A stretch of DNA of 62,999 bases, filler included, from Sphacelaria rigidula (taxonomy: Eukaryota): NCBI GenBank assembly GCA_964200075.2. It is 7 parts of 7 records of this genome, joined end to end, with 100 filler letters (N's around TTAATTAATTAA, not from the genome) between each part and the next. Parts side by side here need not be neighbours in the genome. Positions count along the whole stretch, not along the records: positions 36,060 to 44,973 come from CAXNAA020009766.1; positions 45,074 to 53,986 come from CAXNAA020009767.1; 5 more parts are not named here. The stretch is one strand, 5' to 3'. Within the stretch, counting starts at the first letter, position 1; each line of letters begins with the position of its first letter. Positions 36,060 through 47,052 of this stretch are shown here, in pieces. The position numbers and the translations under genes are program-made. A model generated the notes under the pieces. It was not told where the DNA came from. It saw nothing but the letters and a program-made list of their open reading frames with translations, and did not search any database.

Positions 36060-36946
36060 CCTTGTCCCCTGGTCATCATCCAGGATCCACTATATACTCA
36101 ATCGTGTCGGCGTGATTTCGCCACAGCCCTGATTGCTCGAAAGAAAGAAAAAAGTCGACCGCTGGTCAAGCAGGTCTCCACGCAACTTTTGCGCCATTCC
36201 ACGTGCCTAGGCTACGCGTACCTGGGTTGCAACGCTGAAAGCAAAGCCCAAGGATTGATTTATACGATACGACTCAATTACACTAAAAATCGAACAATAT
36301 CCGGACGAACAATTGATTCGTCCCTTGCTATCTTCGTACGGTAGGCAGTGGAGGGACTGGTGGACTCGTTTCAGTACCAAAACGCCCAGGTATTTATCAT
36401 AATGTTAATTTTTCGCCTTGTGTCTCGTTCGAATCACGTGTTTCATACTGCCTGTACTGCAGTATGGTTGCGTCCTATTAATAGCATTGCCTGACAAAAA
36501 CTACGCTTCCCGCGCCTCGTACACAGTTCATGATAACCAGAGCATGTCGGTGGCCTATATATAAGGCATACAGTATCCGTTTTTGAACTGGTACGGTATA
36601 CTATTTTTTGGTACAACACTCAGTATGAGGGGGTTTAATCGAACAACTGGTTCACCACAATCCAAGTGCAACATCGATGGATTCGCTGGCATCTCTTCTG
36701 CGTGTTTTCGAATAAAGCGTGATGAAACATGAGGAGCACTGCCGTGACGGGTTGCCACAGGGGAGTACAGCGCTTTAGGCACAAGCGTGCTGGCAGGATG
36801 TGGACAACACGGAAAATGCAAGCGCGCGTGCTGCTCGAACATAACGCTCTCTGCGCGTGTAATTTAATTCAATGCGTTTTATTTAATTCAATGCAGAGGT
36901 TACCCCACGGGTGTGGAGCCGATACTACTGTGTACCACCAGCAGAA

Positions 36947-37308
36947 CCGGTCGCCCCGGTGGCTCACTTGGTAACCTCGAGACCGTCTGACGGTTGGGTC
37001 CTCGGTTCAATTCTCGGAGCGATCTGGAATTTTTTCCCACACCGTGCCCAGCAGTGGAGAGCGATTGTGTCGCGGGTACACAAAATTCGACTCAACCGTC
37101 GACGAGGGAAAGGGACTGCTGCACCCCTCTCGCGATAAAAAATAAAGGCAAGCACCGCAGAAGGAAGGTGATGTACTAAAAACAAATAAAATAGAAAAAG
37201 CTTCTGTGTTGACCTTCCTCCTATGTGACCCCGGATGATGCGCCCATTTATACCGAAAGGTACAGACCGGCGTCCAGAATAGAAAGGACGACAACACACA
37301 ACACACAC
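36947..37308 (+). mobile_element. tRNA-headed SINE, full length (~360 bp)
   Basis: Box A TGGCTCACTTGG at 36960, box B GGTTCAATTCT at 37004, conserved body and a CA-rich tail. An extra 3' fragment lies at 37668-37742. Confidence 0.88.
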
Positions 37309-37748
37309 CAACCGCATCGTGAGGCATTTCGCGGTACTACCTGGTCACTGCACAGCGGTAGGGTGCAGGGTGACAAAGCACACCACAGGACGTGACATCC
37401 TTAGCCTATTCCTGTCCTGCATTGATTTCGCGATGTCCTATGCAGTTCGCCACATCATGAACGCAGCCGCTTGCATCTGCGGCAAACGTGTAGGCGGGAT
37501 ATCTCGCCACGCGCTACAGTATATCGCTACGTCACATTTTGTAAAGCTGTCCGTGTTGCAGCTACAGCGTGCGTTTGCCCCAAGTGGCGCACGCAGGAGT
37601 GAAAGGCCGCCTCCGCCGCTGTAATGGCTGCCTGTATCTTGGGCGAAGCTGAATGGTAACACAGCTGCGGCTGGCGCGCCCACATATACCGGAAGGTGGA
37701 GACGGGCGTCCAGAATAAATGGGACAACAACACACACAACACTCTGTA

Positions 37749-38166
37749 TAACAGGGGATCCTATAAAATGAGGTTCATCAATGAAATGAGGTTCGAGCTC
37801 AAAACAGTACTTTCTCCACGCTTTCAGCGATGGTGCCCGATGACTCTATTGTCGGCCTAATGCCTCTCGATCGCGTAGATACTTCTTCAGCGCATTTTAT
37901 CGACTCTGTGAGCTTACAGCGCTGTCCGAAACCGCCATTTCTACTTATTTTCTAGGGGGGGGTGATATCAGGGAAAAGAGAAATTTCGATCAGCGCTGTA
38001 AGCTCACAGACTCGGTAAAATGCGCTAAAGAAGTATCTACGCGATCGAGAGGCATTAGGCCGACAAAAAAGTCACTGGGCACCATCGCTGANNNNNNNNN
38101 NAAAGTACTGTTTTGGGCTCGAACCTCATTTCATTGATGAATCTCATTTTATAGAATCCTCTGTTG
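37749..38166. mobile_element. Palindromic MITE flanked by TA (Tc1/mariner-like); contains a 10-N gap at 38092-38101
   Basis: ~175-bp near-perfect inverted arms: TAACAGGGGATCCTATAAAATGAG ... CTCATTTTATAGAATCCTCTGTTG. Confidence 0.85.
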
Positions 38167-38953
38167 TATGCATTACACTTCCAACATCGTGTTCGTACTG
38201 ACTGTAGAAATCTTTTGTCCACGGTTCGGTACATTTCCATATATAATGTAGGGTCTGGCATATCTCGACTTATAATGTGGCGGAGGGTCTGGTATGTTTT
38301 TCACCTCTACATGTATGGAATAATGTTACCACTCGGTGATATCGAGAAAAAATCCATATCATCTGGGCAAACTGTAGTCGAGGCGCAATTGCCGAAATAT
38401 TGTCCTGCAAACTCTGCTCCAGTGCACTGTAAGTTGACATCGCTAGAAGAACACTACCATACCACCTTGCCGGCTGCCAGACTGCCACAGACTCTCAGGA
38501 CGCAGGATCCGCTAGAATTGCTACTGTCTGTACGGGGGTGTTACCCCTTGTCAGGTACGTTTTGGTGAATTATACTAGATGAAGATCATCCTTTCTTGTA
38601 CATGGGCACCAAACGCTGGGGGTTCTCACTCAAGACTTCGATTTGGAGAATGATACTAGGTAGGCAGCGGCAACTCCTGTGTGCCCAGGTGCCCCTAGGA
38701 GCAGGATAAGTTTGGTGTCCGTTTGACGAAGTTATCCACCAAAAACCGAAATCGATAAGGGTTTTAGACTGGAAACATATAGAAAAAAAACTATTGCGAG
38801 AATCCGATCGCAAGAATCCCGACGCAGAAAAACTATCACAAGAATTCGATCGCAAGAATCAGGACGCAAGAATCCCGACGCAAAAACGGAGTCGCAAAAA
38901 AAAACTTGGTCGAATTCTCACTCGCAGCAGAAACCAACTTCACTTTGTGAAAT

Positions 38954-40967
38954 TGGAATGCTGCAGTTACTAACTGGCCGTGGTTTTCCCACTGTAAGCT
39001 CATCGGGAAGTAACCTGGTTAACGAAGGCAATATTGTATCTCACTTCCTTCCTTTCCCACCTTCTTGACATGGTTTTCAATACCCGTTCGTCACGCATTC
39101 GCTCACAGTACAACTGTGTTTCCTTCCGTACTTTCCTTGCTAAAATATCCGCAACCATCCCTTTGTTCTTCTCCCGATTCGTACAACATCAACAGGTGCT
39201 CCGTCTGCAGCACCCACGTGTCTGTATGTCAGGAGACAACGCCAGTCCTGAAGGGCGCCAGGAAACAGGTCCCCTTCCGCTGCCTTGCGTGTGGCGTGAA
39301 CATCGGGGTCAGGACGCCATACCACCGCATGGCCGACCCCAACGGCGGTAAAAGAAAGGGTATACGCCCACGCGGGCGACCGCAACTGCGCAAAGACCCT
39401 TGTCAAAGCGGAAGAGGACAGTTCTCACCCTTGCGACGAATGCAGAGCCACCCCTGCCAAAAATAAAACTGTTTGATCTGTTGGCGGGGGAAAATGAACC
39501 AGAATTTACGAGGTGTCATGACTGCTTCTTCTACGACACCCATGCCGAGCTCCTGTCGGATTTCCAACGGCACTTGTTGCAGGAGAAAGAGGCGTTTGCC
39601 TCAAGAAACGACAAATCGATACCTCGGCAAGTACCGCGAGTCAATACTTATTCCCTCGCGGAGGCGCGACCCCGTGACGCCACCAAGCAAAACCGACCCT
39701 CCCCTCGGAAAGAAGAAACCTAATCCTACCCGACAGGGTATCCAACCCACGGCCACCACGAGCGGAGCCGGAAACTAAACCACCGCCTACGGTAAGTACC
39801 ACAACTACACATTCATTTTCCCCATTCAACCCCCTCCCCACCATGTATAGTCTCCTTTTCATCCTGCCCCCTCCCACCTTCAATTTATTTCCTTGGTGGC
39901 AGCCTTTTCTACTGCTTTCAACATGCCTCAGTGCAATCTCCAGCCTGCATGTTTGTTCGCGTCTCTTCGTTCCTTTACTTTGCCCCTTGCCGACATTCTT
40001 GCTGCTATACTATGATGCGTTCCGAAACCAGATGCCTACACTCGGCACATGACGTACTTCGTCACATCCGACATCATCCATGTCAGCTTCCGGCAGCGTC
40101 TGTGACTTTTTAGCGGCTTCGTTTCTTCTCATTTTGGGCCCCGGTTCTTTCGGCGTTGTGTCGTCTTCTGTACAGGAACGTGGTCAAATTAACTTCTTCT
40201 TTGCGGTGCTTTTCGCGGGCCAATATTGGGGGAATTAGGAGTGTCTTCAGTTTTATATGGCCTTAGTTTTCAACTATTTCCTACACATTACGAAATATCT
40301 CATTCTAGGGCAGGAAGATATGAGTTTCTCGAACTTGGATCAGCTCTGGGTAGTTACACCGAACTAATAATAGGGTGATCAACTCACTTGATGATGATGT
40401 TGAGCCACGTCAGTTGAGGCTTCGGTGATGAAGCCAATTCCTCATTCCCTTGAACCTGGAATCTTTTCCAGTATTACTAGGTCTATTACGTGTGGTTCTC
40501 GCTGCCTGCGACATATCGATTCCTGCGTTTGCTGTTTCTACACGCATATGCAGCAGTAGGTGGTAACTTGGTCGTCTAGATCGCACGCCGGTAATTTACC
40601 GGCTTGCAGTGTGTTCCTTGTAGTTCGATCGGTTTTTGCGTGGTCATTGTTTTCGTGTACCGTTTTTGTGTTGAGGTATCCTCTGTAAACTCTTGGTTTC
40701 ACGGTCATGAGTCCTAAGCTCCTTGCACCCCGTGACCACCGGTCGGAGAGAAAGAACTGATGTATTGAAGAAATTTAGCTAATGTGACGTAAGCTCGAAA
40801 AACAGAAGATGACAGTACCCCGCCGGTGGGTGTTGAGATGAAACGTGCCCGTGCCAAGTCTTTTGCGCACAAATTACACCCATGCCGTGCCTTTCTCGCC
40901 TTTCCGTAAAAAAAAGAATCCTCAAGAGACGAGCACGACGCCTAAACTAGTCGCGGTGCTATCAACA
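38954..40967. mobile_element. ~2-kb LTR-like repeat, copy 1
   Basis: Colinear with the reverse complement of 54862-56617. Similarity stops at CTAGTCGCGGTGCTATCAACA. No TSD found. Confidence 0.7.
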
Positions 40968-41404
40968 ATGTTTTATTCGATTGAAAAACAAACGAAGAGC
41001 ACGCACATACGATACTCGGTCGCCCCGAGAAGGACTCACTACAGATAGGACAACTTGGCCTTATACGAAGCCGTTCAAGCAAGCAAGTGCAAGGCAAGAG
41101 AGGACGGTCGGGGCGAAGTCTAAGGACCAGGAGAGACGGGAGCGGTGCACACCCCATTGTGTTCCTTGAGCTTGGGCATGCTGGGCATAGCTTCTTCGCA
41201 CCGAAAACACCGTAGCTCCTGCTTTTCCAGTTTCCGGTATCTGTCAAACCGTTGTGACCAACATTCCAGCCGAAATTTGACAAATGGTGAGACGTGCAAG
41301 ACGTGCGACTCTACGTGAGGGCAGGGTGAGGGGGGTTCGAGAGCCATCGCTAGCTAGATATGTTTATCATTCGTTCGTAATCATCCTTCTGCACCCCCCC
41401 CCTC

Positions 41405-41829
41405 CCCCGGAAAAAGAGAGATATACCAGTAGTCGAAAGGAGGAGGAAGTAGGTGGACAGAACTGCCTCTGTGGCAAGGGAATAGAGAGCAGAAGTCGTA
41501 TAGTGGCAGAATGTGACTATACGAGGAGGAACTAGACGTGCTAGAGCGGGCAATGCGGGACGTGGACGAAGGTGGCATGAAATCGTTTGATGCATCAGAC
41601 AGTAGGGAGAGATCAATGACTATACTACGAGATAAATGGTGGCCAGAGACGGTGAAACAGGACGGGGACAAGATATGTAACAGTTCTCTGTGTAATGGAT
41701 GGAAGAAACGTAAAAAGCACCGGGATGTTGAAGGCGGCTCAATGAGGAGTAGGAACGGTGCTCCGTCTGGAAAGAGATGCGTGGTCAATAGTCAAACGAC
41801 TAAGGCAAGCAACAAATGAGTACCCCCCC
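41405..41829 (+). mobile_element. 5'-truncated LINE: ORF2 C-terminal zinc-knuckle region and 3' end
   Basis: Frameshifted peptides CLCGKGIESRSRIVAEC (degenerate CCHC) and ILRDKWWPET...RSRNGAPSGKRCVVNSQTTKASNK*. The same 3' end recurs as at least five short copies, the pattern expected from 5' truncation. Confidence 0.75.
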
Positions 41830-42587
41830 TGGAACCTAACCCTAACACCAACCCTAACCCTAACCCGAAGCATAAGGGTGTTCGAAAGCCGATGCGGTCC
41901 TTTAAGCACGCGGTTCTCTCACGCATCACACCAACGACAGGTGGCGGCTAAAGTACGGGGTGAACCAGAACCCGATACACCGGCGTACAACCTCGCTGCA
42001 GAGGCGGAGCTGCATGCTTATGCGTGGAGCAACATACTCCACGTGCTAAGGCCTGTGGGCTACGTCAACGACTATCGCGTTGTTGGGGCGTCTGCGGTGT
42101 TCCTGACAGAACTATGCACGTGAGGGTGCCTGAATTGTCGCTCGTGTTTGTTAAGAGTGCTGCCAGAGAGGGGTTCTCGTATTTTTCGCGTGCGATACGC
42201 AACGTGAAAGAGAGAATCACAGGTGGACACTTTGCTACACCTTGTGAACACCTTGCAAAGGTGGAGACCTTGTGGACGACCTTGTGAAACCTTCGGAAGG
42301 TCCAAAAGCCTCAAATTGACTCGAATTGATCTCAGACATTGTGCACGGTTGCAGAGGGTTCCTTGACACAGCACCTTCTTGTTTTAGTAAACATCATGAC
42401 GGGATCTGATATGTTTTGCCAACACCGAAATCCTCTGGATTGCATGTTTCTCGAATCCCATTACTGCTACAGCATATTTTGGAATTGTGCGGCGCGGGGG
42501 CTGTTCGGGGTAAATCCTCGTTTTCCCCTTTCTTGATTTCTGCTTTTTTGTTGAGTGCCAAATTGGGGGAAAATTGGGTTTGAATCG

Positions 42588-42618
<31 letters not shown>

Positions 42619-42930
42619 CTTCGTTTTGCCCAATTTGGATTTTCTTTTTCAATTCCAAATAGGGGAAAACGATGATCGACCCCAGACCGCTCCTGCTGTG
42701 AAATCCTATACACTAGCATGTGGGAGATGTACAGCGAAAGGTTCTCGGAAGTCCTCGTTTCGACCACCAGTTTCACCTGAAATTGAGCTAAAGGAGAACA
42801 TGGGAGCAGCGTTTCTGTCCAAATTCGACATACTATGATGTTGCCAGCGTGTGACACTCGAACTGCTGAGATTGTCGAAAACTCGTCTTGCCCCCCAATC
42901 AAGTCAATTGGGCAGGACGAGAACTTTCGG

Positions 42931-44220
42931 CAGCAGAGAACAGTGGACCCTGGAGAACAGGGTCGATAAAACAAATGAGGTTCGAGTGGCATATCGTTTT
43001 GCAAGAAAGACGCGAAACAGTTACACAGAGCGACACCATCTGCCCTCCCAAACCATTGCAGCAGTGAATCAGTTGTGGCTAAGTGCACCGAGCGAATGCG
43101 GTGTACACGCGTGTCGATGACGATATCACCAGCGAGAGAAGCAAGGATAGAGAGGAAGCTCCTCGCCCGTGTCCTTTGTGTGTCCTCGCTGGGCGATTAC
43201 TATTCGCTTGAGAGACTGGCATCATGCATGTTACGAGCATCTACCGAATTTCTCATGTGCCGGTGGACATGTTATTACGTCGGTGCGCACAGCCCCCCAC
43301 AGAACATGGACCTGCGGAGAGGTTTTGTCTCTTCTTGTCTCTGGAGCTCACCAACGCGAAGATCAATTCAATTCTGCCTCTCGTTTTTGACAGGACGCGC
43401 CTCTGTGCGCTGAAAAACATGTCGAAATACAGGGCAATGTTGCCGTCACCGCTTCTACTGTTCTCTGTCACATACATGCCAGCAAGGACGGTGCGCTGGA
43501 CCGAAAATAAAAAATGCAATTTGTACTTGGGGGGTGTTCTCCGTCGTTGATTTTACACGACATGACATAGGTGACCATCCAGGTGCCCGACCACAAGAGC
43601 CTGCCACAGGCCAGTTGGGGTGTGTGTGAGAGAGAGATTGAACACTTGTGGAGACCTTGTTGACATGCGGAGTGAAAAAAGATGCCTATAATGGTGACCT
43701 GACCGTTGCTAGTGTGGTGCAGAGGGGTGCGTCAATCCTGCAATCTGGAGCTTTTGTCGCCCTACTCTACCGACTCCCGTCTGTAGAGCGTCTGCAGAGA
43801 GGTCACTCACGGTAACATGTATGTTATATATATGCCGAATTTCGGAACAGCTATAGAGATGAAACACTTCGATTTTCTAAACTACGTCCACATCATTGAA
43901 ATAACTCTTGTTGCCTGAGGATCTGTGGCCAGTCTCTAGAGCGATTGGTAGTCGCCCAGCGAGGATACACAAAGGACACGGGCGAGGAGTTTCCTCTCTG
44001 TCGTTGCTTCTCTCTCTGGTGATATCATCATCGACACGCGTGTACACCGCATTCGTTCGGTGCACTTAGCCACAACTGATTCACTGCTGCAAAGGTTTGG
44101 GAGGGCAGATGGTGTCGCTCTGTGTGACTGTTTCGCGTCTTTCTTGCAAAACGATATGCCACTCGAACCTCATTTTTTTTATCGACCCTGTTCTCCAGGG
44201 TCCACTGTTCTCTGCTGCTG
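42931..44220. repeat. Inverted pair of ~290-bp copies (42931-43221 and 43927-44220) of a decayed coding-like element
   Basis: The SREQWTLENRVDKxNEVRVAYRFARKTRNS frame is present on + and on -. A further shared block lies at 42874-42915 versus 44590-44640. Confidence 0.8.
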
Positions 44221-44973
44221 AAGTCCCACACACGGCTGCAAGTGCAAAGTTTGACGACTGCATTTACACACCTGACTTACCGACCTGGTCGTGTTTGAAA
44301 ACCCCGTAGTTCGCTGCCTTCAAATCGTATTGTGCATCTGCAAGGTAAATACACCGCATCGCGGCTTCTGTAATTTGATACAGGTACGAGTCAGTAACTG
44401 TGCGATTGGTAGACAACGGACCACCACGGAGTTTCAGAATCCATATGATCAGATGTCCGAGGTACGTACGAACCACTGTCACTACCAGCTACAAAAGCTG
44501 TAACCGGTACAGCGTTGCCGCCTGGACATACACTCCTCGTCAGTATATGGAATGTGTATACAGCGAAGGCTGGTGAAGAATTATTTCCCTTTGCCCGATT
44601 GATATATGGATTGGGGGGCAAGAGGATGAGTTCTCAACAACTTCTGCTGCCTATCGAATATCATCCACTGAATACGGTGCACTATGTAGGACATGAACAG
44701 CCGAGACTGCTCGCAAAAAACGTTTTTTTGCCCAACAACATCAGAGCAAATTTCCGGGGGAAATTACTAATCATTCCGAACAGCTTATTCTGCTGTATAC
44801 AAATCCCATCTGCTGATGTATATGGGATTCGTACAGCCTTCGCTGTTCGAAAGAAGCCCCTCATTCCTGATTCGAAATGGGAACTGGGCATAGAGGATTT
44901 ATTTTGAACAGCTAACAGTGTTTTCGTGAGATTGAGAGTAGATGATACGATTGAGAGTGGCTTTGATTATTCG

Positions 44974-45073
44974 NNNNNNNNNNNNNNNNNNNNNNNNNNN
45001 NNNNNNNNNNNNNNNNNTTAATTAATTAANNNNNNNNNNNNNNNNNNNNNNNNNNNNNNNNNNNNNNNNNNNN
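44974..45073. other. Artificial contig spacer
   Basis: N44-TTAATTAATTAA-N44. Confidence 0.99.
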
Positions 45074-45253
45074 ACACGCAGCCCAGACACGTGGAATGGC
45101 GCAAAAGTTGCGTGGATAACCCTTGGACCAACGGTCAACTTTTTTCTCCCTTTTGGGTAATCAGGCCAAAGAAATCGTGGATTTGGTGATTCGTAGTCGT
45201 AATGATTTGTCTTCACCGTGAAAAAAGCCATGGTATGCGTAGACTCCACTCAC

Positions 45254-45361
45254 CTTGGTAGCGGAGTCGGGACAACTCTCGCCATCCGTCTCCCCTTCAA
45301 AGCAAGACAAGTACACCGAGCCAGCGCGTCCTTTCCGTTTCGCCGTCTTCTCTGCCTTTTC
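45254..45361 (-). CDS. Probable next exon of the TBC-domain gene (EKAEKTAKRKGRAGSVYLSCFEGETDGESCPDSATK)
   Basis: TAG acceptor, AAG|GTGAGT donor, 108 nt, phase 0-0, compatible with the exon ending at 50235. Confidence 0.65.
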
Positions 45362-46860
45362 CTATTGTTCATCCCCATGCGATGGGGGTGGTGAAAGGAT
45401 GGGGGAGGGGGGGCGGTGCACTCATGATTCTGCATGCCATAGCCATAACACCAGGGTCATCGGCCTCCTATTCCTGTGCAGCTCGGACGGAGAACGCCGG
45501 CCTTTCGCCGGACCAGGCGGGGGGAAGGCGGGTGGTGTACTCGTGATTCTACATGCCGTAATCATAACACCAAAAATATCATTAAAATCGTACTCTTACA
45601 AAGCCGAGACGGAACATGACGAGTTTTTGCCGGATCAGACTCGAAATCACAAGCGCGAAGCGCCGTGATATGTTCGGCGAGTCGAATGAAGGGTGAGCTA
45701 CATCCTACATAATGATATACTAATAAGATCGTTCGGCCCGAAGCATACTAATGATCTTGCATATGGATGACAGCCTCGAATGAGTTGCATCATTTTCTGG
45801 TATCACCACTGACAGACAGCCACGGGCTACACTGCATCATGGGTGTCTTACCATTCAAACACTACGACACGGTGCGATCATTCCCTTTTTACGCGGTCCA
45901 CTTTCTGCATCCCGCACAACATGATTCCAGTCGATCACGATCATGGTTACCGCGAAAAAACGCAAGCAAAAAACAATAAAGCTGGTAACTTGGTTGCCTG
46001 ACTTGCGCGGTGAATGTCGTGATTTACAGCTCCGTTGATAACCGACGCCGACCTTCAAAAGTGGTTACATAAATCCATATATCCATGAAACAGTCATTCC
46101 GCAAGATCATGTCATCACCATATGGACCTAGCTCTCTGACCGCTGACTAGTTTTCATTTTTCATTTGAGTTCATATATTCACGATGTCAATGCATCACCG
46201 TTGTGTATCGATATTTGCAAAGGACTGTTTCCGCAAGGTAAATACAGCTTTCAAACGCTTCGAAGCGTTCAGCCTTCTGTGTATCCGCGTGCATGGTCCT
46301 TCCCCAGAAAAACCTTGAGTGTACCCCTATTTCGCCCAAAAGGTGAGGGGGTGGATACATCTACTCGTCTACTGCGCAACTTGTGCCCTCTTAGCGTCAG
46401 AGTCCCTCGGGTGAACCATAGGGTAGATCGCTGTGCGCAGAGGTGACGATACACTTTGCCACACAGCGCCGGCCTCGTGGCATCAAAACAAACTTGCGCT
46501 ATCGTAGAGGGACATGGTATAATGCGAAAGGCGACGTAAAATAGTTGTCATATGTGTGATATTTACGTCATCACCATTATTACCATTCATCATTCTCCAC
46601 ATTTTTTTTTTTGTCGACAATACGGGGCCTGATTCGTTGTCCCGCCCTGGCTCGGGATAAGGCGCGCATCGCCTCAGAATACTACACCCCTTGTACAAAA
46701 TATGATCAATGGATGCAATAGACAAAAAAAGGTACTGTACTGCACCAAGTTTGATAAGTAACGCAAGATGGATCAATATACCAACACGACACCCAAAACA
46801 CATGCGCACAATAAAGGACAAAACGGCCAACTGAAGCACACGGTCAAACCGGAACATCTT

Positions 46861-46998
46861 CACACCCTGGACAATAGATTGCGTGGGCGACAAGTGAACT
46901 ACGTACAGTATTGACTATTGCGTCTATTGCAATAGACAATAGATCCCATACTGTACCCAGTACATTTTTTGACAATGTAATCTTTTGTCCAGGGTGTG
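46861..46998. mobile_element. 138-bp MITE, hAT-like
   Basis: TIRs CACACCCTGGACAA and TTGTCCAGGGTGTG. Flanks AACATCTT and AACATCCA match at 6/8. The same terminus occurs at 34265-34278. Confidence 0.7.
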
Positions 46999-47052
46999 AA
47001 CATCCATAAATATCTTGTCCTCGCACTATATATCTTCCCTTTCGAAAACGTT

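Noticed and set aside
42384..43088. 234-aa minus-strand ORF
   Set aside because: It crosses a (TA)n microsatellite (YIYIYI) and the antisense of a decayed repeat.
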